The notes under the pieces: generated by a model | The model's database searches: none | Told to the model about the DNA's origin: nothing | Seen by the model: the letters and a program-made list of their open reading frames with translations, nothing else | In this document: positions 1 through 8,503 of the stretch, piece after piece | Numbering within the stretch: the stretch's first letter is position 1 | Layout: each line of letters opens with the position of its first letter | Translations under genes and position numbers: made by a program | Assembly (NCBI GenBank): GCA_964411375.1 | Contig: CAYPKR010000001.1 | Coordinates: 358,629 to 422,628, forward strand | Direction: 5' to 3' | DNA length: 64,000 bases | Origin: an uncultured Candidatus Saccharibacteria bacterium | Lineage (GTDB): Bacteria > Patescibacteriota > Minisyncoccia > Phycocordibacterales > UBA12088

Positions 1-1259
1 TCGGCGGTTTCATCGTTGGCGGCTTTCTATTCTTCGTTCTCTTCAAAGGCACCAACCCACTGCAAGATGCTGGTTCAGTCACTATTTGGGGGACGTTTTC
101 AGGGGCACAAATGACCAATTCTCTCCAAACCATCCAGAAAAAAACGAGCGGGCTCGCAAGTGTAACCTACCAAGAAAAAGATCCGCGCACGTTTAAAGAC
201 ACCATTCTTGAAGCACTTGCCGCTGGGAAAGGTCCCGATCTCATTCTTCTCAATCTCGACGATATTCTATCCTACCGGGATCGAATTTTATTCATTCCAT
301 ATACTTCCTACAGCGAACGTTCGTTCCGCGACACATTTTTTGATGACGCAGGGACATTGCTATTCCCGGACGGTATTGCGGGCATACCATTTTCGTACGA
401 TCCGATCGTAATGTATTTCAACCGCGATCGATTTGCTTCTGCAGGAATCGCAAAGCCGCCGGAATATTGGGATGAAATGTTGACCTTGGTGCCAAAACTC
501 ACTAAGATCGATGACAATCAAAACGTACTCCAAAGTGGTCTTGCATTTGGCGAATCGGCAAATGTCGATCATTACAAAGAAATCCTCTCACTCCTTATTT
601 TGCAGGCAGGTTCTCCGATAACACAGGTGCAGACAAATGGTTCCGTCTCTTCTTCGCTTAATAAAAATATCGAAGGGGGAAATGAACGTCCTGGAAACGC
701 GGCGCTCCGCTTCTTTACGGAATTTTCGAATCCAATAAAATCAGTCTACTCATGGAATCGTGCGCTCCCGAGTGCACGGCAAATGTTCCTCTCGGGAGAT
801 TTAGCAATCTACTTTGGGTATGCGAGCGAATATCCTGATCTTCGCGCTGCAAATCCAAACTTGAATTTTGATCTCGCAAGCGTACCGCAATCGCGCACCG
901 CGAAGCGCCGGAGTTCGTACGGACAGATGACTGTGTTTGCGATTCCAAAACTTTCCAAAAATCCACGAGGCGCTCTGATTGCCGCTCAAATCCTTTCAAC
1001 AAACACTGCTGAGCAAGCATTTATAAAAACAACCAAGTTGCCGCCGGTTCGGAGAGATCTTCTCTCGGTTGCACAAACTGATGCATATCTAAGTGTCTTA
1101 TATGACTCAGCAATTATCGGTCGCGGATGGTTAGATCCAGGTCCAAGCGACAGTCTCCCTGTTTTCGCGCGTATGATCGATCAAGTAACTTCTGGTTCCA
1201 AAACCGTTGAAGATTCTGTAGCAGAAGGGGAAGCAGGGCTCGCAAAATTGTTTAAATGA
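1..1259 (+). CDS. ABC-transporter family-1 solute-binding protein (5' end cut by window edge)
   Basis: The frame is open from position 3 with no upstream stop. There is an N-terminal TM/signal-like stretch GGFIVGGFLFFVLF, then an ITIWG-type beginning and a DYxxxL/PDLIL pattern typical of family-1 solute-binding proteins. Confidence 0.55.
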   Translation, partial: GGFIVGGFLFFVLFKGTNPLQDAGSVTIWGTFSGAQMTNSLQTIQKKTSGLASVTYQEKDPRTFKDTILEALAAGKGPDLILLNLDDILSYRDRILFIPYTSYSERSFRDTFFDDAGTLLFPDGIAGIPFSYDPIVMYFNRDRFASAGIAKPPEYWDEMLTLVPKLTKIDDNQNVLQSGLAFGESANVDHYKEILSLLILQAGSPITQVQTNGSVSSSLNKNIEGGNERPGNAALRFFTEFSNPIKSVYSWNRALPSARQMFLSGDLAIYFGYASEYPDLRAANPNLNFDLASVPQSRTAKRRSSYGQMTVFAIPKLSKNPRGALIAAQILSTNTAEQAFIKTTKLPPVRRDLLSVAQTDAYLSVLYDSAIIGRGWLDPGPSDSLPVFARMIDQVTSGSKTVEDSVAEGEAGLAKLFK

Positions 1260-1275
1260 TATACTAAGCTCAACT

Positions 1276-1665
1276 ATGAAACTCCGCATCCGTTTTGCCT
1301 TCAAGAAAATATTTGTTTTCGGAGCACTCTTCCTTTCGAGTCCAATTTTGGTGCTTGCACAAGCGCGGACTGGCGCAAGTTTTCCAAATCCAATTGCTGC
1401 GCCTGACCTTACGACATTTCTCACGCTGGTTCTAAATGCGGTCACGCTCATTGTCTTTCCGTTCATCGTGCTTTTTATTGTCTATGCGGGATTCAAGATG
1501 ATTGCAGCGCGAGGAAACCCAGGAGAAATTTCCAAGGCAAAAGAGCAGATAATATACGCAATAATTGGTGCGCTTATCATTCTTGGTGCGCAAGCAATTT
1601 CCTTCGCGATCAAGGGCACCGTCGATACTATTCGTTGCGGTGGTGTTGGCTGTAATCCGCTCTAA
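1276..1665 (+). CDS. small two-TM VirB2/TrbC-like (CPR 'T4SS pilin-like') protein, array member 1
   Basis: 129 aa with a signal peptide, a hydrophobic helix, a short charged loop (ARGNPGEISKAKEQ) and a second helix. The architecture matches the N-terminal domain of ORFs 19076 and 20679. Confidence 0.5.
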   Translation: MKLRIRFAFKKIFVFGALFLSSPILVLAQARTGASFPNPIAAPDLTTFLTLVLNAVTLIVFPFIVLFIVYAGFKMIAARGNPGEISKAKEQIIYAIIGALIILGAQAISFAIKGTVDTIRCGGVGCNPL

Positions 1666-1670
1666 TCCAC

Positions 1671-2009
1671 ATGAATTCCAAGGTCAGATTGTTTCGAAAC
1701 AATATTATTGCGGTAGCAGTCGGTATTGGTACATTTCTTGCCCCACATATTGTCCGCGCCGATCCTCCGACACTTCGCGACATCATCGTCAAAATAACAT
1801 CGCTCATTCAGCTCGCGTCTATTTTGCTCGGTGGGCTCTTGGTTGTGGCGTTTGTGTGGGGTATCGCACGGTTTATCCTGAATGTGGGCGGATCTGACAA
1901 GCGCGCTGCCGATAAGCAATACTTATTTTGGGTAGTTGTCGCGATGTTCGTAATGTTTGGTGTCGTTGGACTCGTCACAATACTTCAAAACACGCTCCTC
2001 AATGGCTAA
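1671..2009 (+). CDS. small two-TM pilin-like protein, array member 2
   Basis: 112 aa with the same signal + TM-loop-TM layout. The 6-nt gap to the upstream gene suggests an operon. Confidence 0.5.
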   Translation: MNSKVRLFRNNIIAVAVGIGTFLAPHIVRADPPTLRDIIVKITSLIQLASILLGGLLVVAFVWGIARFILNVGGSDKRAADKQYLFWVVVAMFVMFGVVGLVTILQNTLLNG

Positions 2010-2412
2010 ACAATTCATACAAAAAGGCGGACTGGCTCTGATGTTGTGCATCAGCATTGTTCTTCCGAGTGTTGCGTACGGCGAAGCCACCATCGATGAT
2101 TTGTTGGTACATTCAATTGCTTTCGTAAACGGATATCTTATTTATGTGGCCTTTGCCGCGACATTCCTATTTTTCCTATACGGCATCGCACGGTACATTC
2201 TTGCTTCTGGAGATGATGCAAAAGTGGCGGGACGCCAGCTTATGATCTGGGGTTCGGTCGCTATGTTTATTGTTTCCTCAATTTGGGGATTGGTTGCGAT
2301 TATAAACCGCACGCTCGGACTTCCTGGCCAGCCAGAGGGAACGATTCGTGCGACCTGTGTTCATTTATTTGGTGAAGCACCTACCGAAAGCAATTGTGCC
2401 GATACCAACTAG
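2002..2412 (+). CDS. small two-TM pilin-like protein, array member 3
   Basis: The start is taken at the internal ATG 2002 (MAKQFIQKGG...), giving an 8-nt overlap with the upstream stop (aATGGCTAAa). It has two TM helices flanking a DDAKVAGRQLMIWGS loop. Confidence 0.45.
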   Translation: MAKQFIQKGGLALMLCISIVLPSVAYGEATIDDLLVHSIAFVNGYLIYVAFAATFLFFLYGIARYILASGDDAKVAGRQLMIWGSVAMFIVSSIWGLVAIINRTLGLPGQPEGTIRATCVHLFGEAPTESNCADTN

Positions 2413-2473
2413 CATTTGTGGAGAAGTCACTCGACAAATAATCGATGTACCGTAGCATGTAAGTATTATTTTC

Positions 2474-2842
2474 ATGAATCGACACGCTGTATCTCGAATC
2501 ACTGCAACCGTCGCATCGGTTTTTGTTTTCGCTACTCCGCTTATTACGCTTGCGCAAGGAAGCGATCTTTTTACTGTTGGTCAAGATAGCGCTACCGCAC
2601 TTCTTAATATTCTACAAACGCTGACGCAGGTTGCATTTCTCGCAATAATGGTCGCGTTCTTCTGGGGTCTCGCTAAATACATTTGGGGCGGCGCCGAGGA
2701 TAAAGAGCGCGGAAAAAATCTAATGGTGTGGGGAACGCTTGCCATTTTCGTCGCTGCGTCTATCTGGGGAATTGTGACGGTACTCAAAATCACTTTTGGT
2801 GTTGGTAATGAACAAACAGGCTTTGTACCGCTAGTCATTTAA
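2474..2842 (+). CDS. small two-TM pilin-like protein, array member 4
   Basis: 122 aa with a signal peptide and the conserved motif FFWGLAKYIWGGAEDKERGKNLMVWG...ASIWGIV shared with members 5 and 6. Confidence 0.55.
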   Translation: MNRHAVSRITATVASVFVFATPLITLAQGSDLFTVGQDSATALLNILQTLTQVAFLAIMVAFFWGLAKYIWGGAEDKERGKNLMVWGTLAIFVAASIWGIVTVLKITFGVGNEQTGFVPLVI

Positions 2843-2857
2843 CAGTAATAAATCAGT

Positions 2858-3223
2858 ATGACGACATCTAAAATACGATCAGCACTTATGCACGGCGTTG
2901 TCGCCGTAGGTTCTCTTGTTCCAGTTTTGGTTTCCGCACAAGCAAATGCACTCGACACAGTCGACCAGAGTACGATAACCCTTCTCACGATCGTCTCGCG
3001 CCTCTCCCTTATCGCATTCATGGCGATTCTCCTCTTTTTCTTCTGGGCAATAGCTAAATACATTTGGGGTGGCGCTGAGGATAAGGAAGAAACGAAGAAT
3101 CTCCTTATCTGGGCGGTGGTCGCACTGTTTGTCGCCGCTTCAATCTGGGGAATCGTTCAAGTGCTTAAAACAACCTTCGGGGTTGGCGACGAGACATCAG
3201 TCAATATTCCCCGCGCATTCTAA
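2858..3223 (+). CDS. small two-TM pilin-like protein, array member 5
   Basis: 121 aa carrying the motif FFWAIAKYIWGGAEDKEETKNLLIWA...ASIWGIV; a close paralog of 2474 and 3319. Confidence 0.55.
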   Translation: MTTSKIRSALMHGVVAVGSLVPVLVSAQANALDTVDQSTITLLTIVSRLSLIAFMAILLFFFWAIAKYIWGGAEDKEETKNLLIWAVVALFVAASIWGIVQVLKTTFGVGDETSVNIPRAF

Positions 3224-3318
3224 GCTTTATTTGTCCACACCGGATCCTTGCATGAAGGGCGGGAGGCGGTATTCTAAAGGGGAATTAGTCGCAATAGTTT
3301 ATTAATATTTTTGTATTC

Positions 3319-3672
3319 ATGAAAAAACTTATTTCGCTTTCCGCTCTCGGTATGTTTGCTCCGGCGCTTGCATTTGCACAGCTCACTGGTGCAGGTAATA
3401 CCATCACCGCAGCAGTAACAACGTTGGGAAATGTTGTTAACGCCCTTATTCCAATCGCGTTTGCTGCCGCACTCCTCTTCTTCTTCTGGGGTCTCGCACA
3501 GTACATCTGGGGTGGTGCCGAAGAGAAGGAAAAGGGTCGCAACCTCATGATCTGGGGCGTTGTTGCGCTCTTCATCATGGCGTCGATCTGGGGAATCGTT
3601 GGTGTGCTTCGAACAACGTTTGGTATTACTGCAAACCCATCGACTGCACAGGTTCCAGGCGTAACTCCGTAA
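3319..3672 (+). CDS. small two-TM pilin-like protein, array member 6
   Basis: 117 aa carrying the motif FFFWGLAQYIWGGAEEKEKGRNLMIWG...ASIWGIV. Confidence 0.55.
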   Translation: MKKLISLSALGMFAPALAFAQLTGAGNTITAAVTTLGNVVNALIPIAFAAALLFFFWGLAQYIWGGAEEKEKGRNLMIWGVVALFIMASIWGIVGVLRTTFGITANPSTAQVPGVTP

Positions 3673-3691
3673 TCTCTCCATTTTCCCTCAT

Positions 3692-3970
3692 ATGGGATTT
3701 CCTACTTCCGTATCGGAATTTATGAATCGGGTTGATGCCGCAATCATCAACCCGATTTTGGCATTACTCTTTACTGCAGGCATGCTGTACTTCCTCTGGG
3801 GCGGATTCCAGTTTATTGTCGGCGCAGCAGAACCATCAAAGCGCATTGAAGGGAAGCAGCACATGCTATGGGGTGTTATTGGTATGTTCGTAATGTTTTC
3901 GGTCTACGTCATTCTTCGAGTCGGACTTACGACATTTGACATAACGCCAGCACCAGGGTTGCCGCTCTAA
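3692..3970 (+). CDS. small two-TM pilin-like protein, array member 7 (no signal peptide)
   Basis: 92 aa with a diverged version of the same core (LWGGFQFIVGAAEPSKRIEGKQHMLWG). Confidence 0.45.
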   Translation: MGFPTSVSEFMNRVDAAIINPILALLFTAGMLYFLWGGFQFIVGAAEPSKRIEGKQHMLWGVIGMFVMFSVYVILRVGLTTFDITPAPGLPL

Positions 3971-3998
3971 AAATTCGCCCATTTCTCCAAAAGAAAAA

Positions 3999-4036
3999 GC
4001 AGGACGTGCGCGTTGCGCATGTCCTGCTTGTGGTAT
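3999..4036. terminator. bidirectional hairpin terminator between convergent genes
   Basis: Stem GCAGGACGTGCGC/GCGCATGTCCTGC (one G-U pair) followed by TTGTGGTAT. It lies between the end of the pilin array (+) and the stop of the 4084 (-) gene. Confidence 0.5.
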
Positions 4037-4083
4037 GTCGGCGATAATTGCCGACATACCGAATGTACTTTTTCCACATGCAG

Positions 4084-5325
4084 CTAACTTCTCTTCACCT
4101 GGATATGTATCTCCGCGGTGGGAGAGGTGTTTATAGGGCTTTTGGCGTACTTGAAGGTGAGACAATGAGCGTCTCTGCCTTCTCGTGTCCATGGCCTAGC
4201 TTTCCACCAAGGAATCCAGTCGACCGTAGTCGATGTCCACCGCTTCACTCCGATTTCCCAAGCCGCGATGGCTGGATCGGAATCCCAAGTGACAGATAGC
4301 CCGGGATTAAAGCAGAACTCCCTTTGTCCTCCTTTCTTGAGTGGTCCGGTACGTAAGTCTGAATCGGGGGTCTGCAACGTGACCTCTTGTCCCCGGATAA
4401 CCGGCTTCGTGAGGCTCTCTCCGAGATTTCTCACCAGGTTGGCACCCGGAACTGTTGGCAGGTGGATGTATCCCGAAGGTCCAGGCTTTGTCCCTTCGAT
4501 GATGGTGATCCTGTTCACGTCATCTGCTGTCGCATGTTGCTTCAGGATTCTGACGTTCGCACTCTCACCTGAACCACCGATCACATCGCCGACTTCATAG
4601 TCACCGAAGTGAAGTTGGCCGTCATCTCCGAGCGCACAGGGGCTTAATCCTGTTTTCGGATCGACTGCACAAACAGTCCTCCAACCCCAGAACAATTGAG
4701 CTGCTGCCACAAGAAGAATAATGGCGAGCATACCGACTGCAAATCGCCTTGCTTTAGGAATCAAATCCGCAGCGATAAGGGCGATAACCGTGGCAACAAT
4801 TGCTGCGGGATTTTGCTGGTACCAGAAGAGTAAATTTCTTCCGAACAGGGAAAATATCGCCCCAGCGAATATCACTCCCAGGAGGCATGCAAGAAATGCA
4901 GTTCCTCGACGAGGTGTTACACCTTGTTCCGCAAATCCACCTCTGATGGCGGAGATAAGAAATAAGAGTGCTATCACTCCGCCTCCTATCCACATCCCGT
5001 ATTCTCTTGCGAAGTTCTGGGTAGTGGCGAGGGAGGGAATGTATGGGGTTATATGACCCCACCAATACCAGGAGGCGGCAGCAAGGATACTGAAGAGTCC
5101 AAACCAACCGATTGTACTGAATTTCCTCCTTGGCCGGTCTTGTGTCTCCGCGGGATGCGTGACAATAGTTTGGGTCGTTGTTCCCGCCCTTCTCCTTCTC
5201 GGAGGCGGGGGAGCTGGCGCTGCACCGGTTCCTACCGGTGCAGCGTCTGCGGTTGCAGCAGTCGTCGTTACTGCTCCTTCTTCCGGTCTCGACACTGTCG
5301 CCGAGTTCCTTGTTATCCTTGGCAT
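4084..5325 (-). CDS. membrane protein with a Pro/Ala-rich N-terminus, about 5 TM helices and a C-terminal soluble domain (possible NfeD-like partner of the SPFH protein)
   Basis: 413 aa lying in a high-GC island directly downstream of the SPFH gene (16-nt gap). The membrane-plus-C-terminal-beta-rich layout recalls NfeD/YuaF proteins, but I see no recognizable motif. Confidence 0.4.
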   Translation of the reverse strand: MPRITRNSATVSRPEEGAVTTTAATADAAPVGTGAAPAPPPPRRRRAGTTTQTIVTHPAETQDRPRRKFSTIGWFGLFSILAAASWYWWGHITPYIPSLATTQNFAREYGMWIGGGVIALLFLISAIRGGFAEQGVTPRRGTAFLACLLGVIFAGAIFSLFGRNLLFWYQQNPAAIVATVIALIAADLIPKARRFAVGMLAIILLVAAAQLFWGWRTVCAVDPKTGLSPCALGDDGQLHFGDYEVGDVIGGSGESANVRILKQHATADDVNRITIIEGTKPGPSGYIHLPTVPGANLVRNLGESLTKPVIRGQEVTLQTPDSDLRTGPLKKGGQREFCFNPGLSVTWDSDPAIAAWEIGVKRWTSTTVDWIPWWKARPWTREGRDAHCLTFKYAKSPINTSPTAEIHIQVKRS

Positions 5326-5340
5326 CCTCTCTTCCCTTGC

Positions 5341-6654
5341 TTACGGTGAGTTGCCCTCCGCTGGTGGCGGTGGGGAGTGGTCGGTGTTTGCAGAACCAGA
5401 ATTAGCCGGTGTACCCCTAAAGATCGCACCTGCAAGTCCTGCCATTTCCTCGATACCCCTTGCTCCGAAGAAAAAGGTAGCCTTATCTCCGAGCGCTTTA
5501 GTGGTTTCGAGCCCTACGGCGATGCGAGATACATCGTCCAGAGAACCATCAGCTTGTGTTAAACCAGCCTTGATGCCCTCCAGTCGTGCAGTGCTCGCAG
5601 CACCGTCACCTTCGCCTTCCCTCGTTCGCTTAACCCTGTCTGCTTCAGCAGCCAGAACCGTAGCTCGTGCCGCCGCAACCGCCTGAGCGGGCCTCTGGAG
5701 CTGAGTATTCAGCTCATGTGACAGACCAATTGCTTTGATCGCTCCCTGAGTTATTTTTGTACCCCAGGTTTTAGAACGATCTTGCAGTCGAGCGAGGATT
5801 TGATCGCTGAACTCCCTCACCCTGACCATCACTTCCGCGAGCGTATGTGAAGGCAAGAGTTCAGTCAGTGTACGAGTGACCACGTCTTCGAGCAGCCGTT
5901 TTGCTGTGTCGAGATCACGAAGCTCTCGTACAAAGACTCGAGGATTCAGTATCTGAAAGGCAAATATAGCAGATACCTCCTGAGTCACACGCTGCGCAAG
6001 CGGGTCGGGATTGTTTGCATCCCCACCTTGCGCAAATGTGATTCGGAAGACCGGCCTTCTGCCTGGCGGGACGGGAACCCTGTCCTCGTTTCGTACCAGA
6101 AATTCTGGTTCATCCGGCACCTCCTTTTGGATTTCTCCGCTCGGAAAGGTTATTAACGAGCAGAGTCCATAGGGAAGAAATACCGGACCGCTCGTAACGT
6201 TCATGATTGGACGATTGAGCAGGAGTACGACCCCCACTTCATCCGGACCAACGGTGATAACCGAGAGCCCGTCTTCGTCTATCGTGAAGAAGCTGGCAAG
6301 TATATAAGCCAGCACCAAGAGACTCGTAAGAATGCTTGACCAGAGATGGTTATACCCCTGCATATACTGGGCGAGTCGGTGAGGAATAACGTAGAGGGTG
6401 AGATAGACAGCACCGCAAACGAGAACGATCGCGATAAGCGACCATACGACTCTGCGGATAGTCTCGCCGAATCCCGGCGCACCCTCATTTCCGTTTTGGA
6501 TGGGGGAAGGAGCTGGTGGAGTTCTTCGACGCGCACGCATTTTTAGTCCGTAGCGCACGATGACCCCCAAGAATGAGATAGTTACCAAGAAGAAGATTCC
6601 ACCAAAGACGAGATTGCCTGCTCCAAAGGAGTCGACAAGCTGATTGGTGTCCAT
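5341..6654 (-). CDS. SPFH/band-7 (stomatin/prohibitin/HflK-C-like) membrane protein
   Basis: 437 aa with an N-terminal TM region, a core segment (AQRVTQEVSAIFAFQILNPRVFVRELRDLDTAKRLLEDVVTRTL...) and an Ala-rich helix (QAVAAARATVLAAEADRVKRTREGE) typical of SPFH domains. GC is about 57-60%. Confidence 0.65.
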   Translation of the reverse strand: MDTNQLVDSFGAGNLVFGGIFFLVTISFLGVIVRYGLKMRARRRTPPAPSPIQNGNEGAPGFGETIRRVVWSLIAIVLVCGAVYLTLYVIPHRLAQYMQGYNHLWSSILTSLLVLAYILASFFTIDEDGLSVITVGPDEVGVVLLLNRPIMNVTSGPVFLPYGLCSLITFPSGEIQKEVPDEPEFLVRNEDRVPVPPGRRPVFRITFAQGGDANNPDPLAQRVTQEVSAIFAFQILNPRVFVRELRDLDTAKRLLEDVVTRTLTELLPSHTLAEVMVRVREFSDQILARLQDRSKTWGTKITQGAIKAIGLSHELNTQLQRPAQAVAAARATVLAAEADRVKRTREGEGDGAASTARLEGIKAGLTQADGSLDDVSRIAVGLETTKALGDKATFFFGARGIEEMAGLAGAIFRGTPANSGSANTDHSPPPPAEGNSP

Positions 6655-6767
6655 GTTCCTAACCTTCCATTGTCAGAGAGCGGGTACGGCAGTGTCCTGC
6701 GTCATGCAGAAGGTGGCCGTTCTATCGAGTTTATATCATATAAATATTAAAAAGTCAAGGCATTTTC

Positions 6768-7988
6768 ATGGCTCTACTAGAGGGGAAATGGCGTTTGATT
6801 GCTACAATAGCCGCATCCATGAACTGGTGTAAAACTGCCCTACAACGCATGCCGATTGAGGTATTTGTCCTCGGTATCCCATCATTTTTTCTCATAGTTG
6901 GAGGAATTGTATATCGACTATTTTTTATGGCCGGTTCGGATGTAAACACGATCTTTACTACCTTCGCGGCACAGTCAATTGGTGGCGCGTGGTTTTGGAT
7001 GGCGTTTCTCGCCATCATTTGTTGGCTTATCTTGAGAAGTGGCAGAATGATCAATCGTTTTTTGGCGGAACATGATTCAACCGAAGCATCACTTCGATCG
7101 GAATTCCCGAGTCTTCAAAAAAAAATCGGTATGCTGTGGGGAAGCGCCGGATTCATTTTGGCGCTGACCGCACTTTGCTCGATTGCAGTCGCGCTCTCTA
7201 TTACCGCGCTGTTTCATACCGCATCAGCAGCACGGACGATTTATTTTTCACACACACTCTCCGAGATCGAATATGGAGTCTTTGGAGCATATCCACATTT
7301 TGCTATCATCGAATTTTTCGAACGATTTCCATCACTCGATTACTTTATTGTGAATGGATACAACGGACTTTTTGTGTGTGTATCATTTACGTTTTTGCTT
7401 TCACTCGCAACATCGACCCGAATCTTCCGAAGGTACGTACTCGCGTTTTTTATTACTTTCGGCATCGCACTTCCAATTTGGTTTATTTTTCCTCTAGTCG
7501 CACCGCTTGAACTACATGTCGATAATGTATTTCGACAATCCCAATCATCCGCTGTCGTTGCCGCACTTACTGAGTACAATGCTGAACCACTTCCACCAGC
7601 ATCGGAAATGTATCGCAAACAACTTGAAAAATTATGGATTGCACCAGACGGCGATTGGCTTGCGGTCAGTGCGTTTCCAAGCATGCATGCGGGGTGGGCA
7701 CTTATCACCATCATTACGTTATTTTCAATCGATACATTACTTGGACTTATATTTGTACCGACTTTTATTTTCTGCATTATCGGAACGGTGTATACGCTGA
7801 ACCATTATGTTTCCGATGTTGCTGCCGGTTTCTTGGTAGGGATACTTGCGTTTTGGATTGCGGAGCGCGTACTTCGATTCGAGGAAAAATATCGAAGTGA
7901 CGGAGGAAATTTCTTTCTCGCCGCAACGTTGATGCAAACAGATTTAAAGGATCTGTGGAGAAAGGTAGGGAGGTTTTTGAAGGTGTAG
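6768..7988 (+). CDS. PAP2-superfamily integral membrane protein (phosphatase / IPC-synthase-like)
   Basis: 406 aa and polytopic. It carries the motifs FPSMHAGWA (PSGH-like) and LNHYVSDVAAG (H-x3-D) of the PAP2 fold. The start codon is uncertain. Confidence 0.5.
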   Translation: MALLEGKWRLIATIAASMNWCKTALQRMPIEVFVLGIPSFFLIVGGIVYRLFFMAGSDVNTIFTTFAAQSIGGAWFWMAFLAIICWLILRSGRMINRFLAEHDSTEASLRSEFPSLQKKIGMLWGSAGFILALTALCSIAVALSITALFHTASAARTIYFSHTLSEIEYGVFGAYPHFAIIEFFERFPSLDYFIVNGYNGLFVCVSFTFLLSLATSTRIFRRYVLAFFITFGIALPIWFIFPLVAPLELHVDNVFRQSQSSAVVAALTEYNAEPLPPASEMYRKQLEKLWIAPDGDWLAVSAFPSMHAGWALITIITLFSIDTLLGLIFVPTFIFCIIGTVYTLNHYVSDVAAGFLVGILAFWIAERVLRFEEKYRSDGGNFFLAATLMQTDLKDLWRKVGRFLKV

Positions 7989-8032
7989 GGATTATTGGCA
8001 TACAGAGCTTTTTTAGGTAAGATTCAAAACAT

Positions 8033-8105
8033 CCGCCCATAGCTCAGTTGGTAGAGCGACTCCCTCTTAAGGAGACGGTCCAAGGTTCGAGTCCTTGTGG
8101 GCGGA
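8033..8105 (+). tRNA. tRNA-Lys (anticodon CTT)
   Basis: Hand-folded cloverleaf: acceptor CCGCCCA/TGGGCGG, D-stem GCTC/GAGC, anticodon loop CTCTTAA, T-arm CAAGG-TTCGAGT-CCTTG, discriminator A. No CCA is encoded. Confidence 0.8.
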
Positions 8106-8150
8106 CAAGCGTTAAGAAATCCTGATCTACGTCAGGATTTTAGCTTGTCC
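8103..8150. terminator. nested perfect hairpin overlapping the tRNA-Lys 3' end
   Basis: Outer stem GGACAAGC/GCTTGTCC and inner stem AAATCCTGA-TCTACG-TCAGGATTT. The left arm begins inside the tRNA acceptor 3' strand. Confidence 0.55.
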
Positions 8151-8260
8151 GAGCCGGAGCAATGTTGCGTAGCAACTGCGAGGCGGGATCGCGAGTGCTT
8201 AGCATTTTGTGCGTAGCTACAAAATACTTAGCAACTCGTGATGACTTTTTAAAAGACGGC

Positions 8261-8384
8261 AATCGGTCACCGATAATTTTGCGTAGCAAAATTTCGTCGA
8301 CCCCAGCTCGCCGTCGCTTCGCGACATGGCTGCGCTTTTCGATTCCCAACACACTCAAAGCAGCTTGAGTGCTCTCTCGGCACT
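8261..8384 (+). ncRNA. structured non-coding element, copy A (44-nt conserved module, GCGTAGC-loop hairpin, GTCGC hairpin, inverted pseudo-copy of the tRNA-Leu 3' half)
   Basis: 8261-8304 is identical to 9116-9159. Hairpin AATTTT-GCGTAGC-AAAATT; hairpin GTCGC-TTC-GCGAC. TTTTCGATTCCCAAC is a T-loop copy, CACTCAA-AGCAGC-TTGAGTG is an inserted hairpin, and CTCTCGGCAC is a plus-orientation copy of the tRNA-Leu 3' acceptor. Confidence 0.5.
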
Positions 8385-8409
8385 CTTTACTCAACTTCGT
8401 TTCGTTCGG

Positions 8410-8496
8410 TGCCGAGAGTGGGAATCGAACCCACACGAGCGTTTATAGCCCTCGGGATTTTAAGTCCCGTATGTCTACCAATTCCATCATCTCGGC
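8410..8496 (-). tRNA. tRNA-Leu (anticodon TAA), long variable arm
   Basis: The reverse complement folds with acceptor GCCGAGA/TCTCGGC, anticodon stem CGGGA/TCCCG with loop CTTAAAA, a long variable arm, T-arm GTGGG-TTCGATT-CCCAC and discriminator A. Confidence 0.8.
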
Positions 8497-8503
8497 GTAC
8501 TCG

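Noticed and set aside
4048-4299. 83-aa plus-strand ORF at the edge of the GC-rich island
   Set aside because: It overlaps the 3' end of the 413-aa membrane protein gene on the opposite strand and starts inside the terminator region. Likely spurious.
8140-8436. Track ORFs 8140-8436 (-), 8162-8368 (+), 9080-9496 (+), 9111-9394 (-)
   Set aside because: They lie in the tRNA/repeat region and overlap tRNA genes. Their shared peptide NRSPIILRSKISSTP simply reflects translation of the identical 44-nt repeat. No RBS or coding-like composition.
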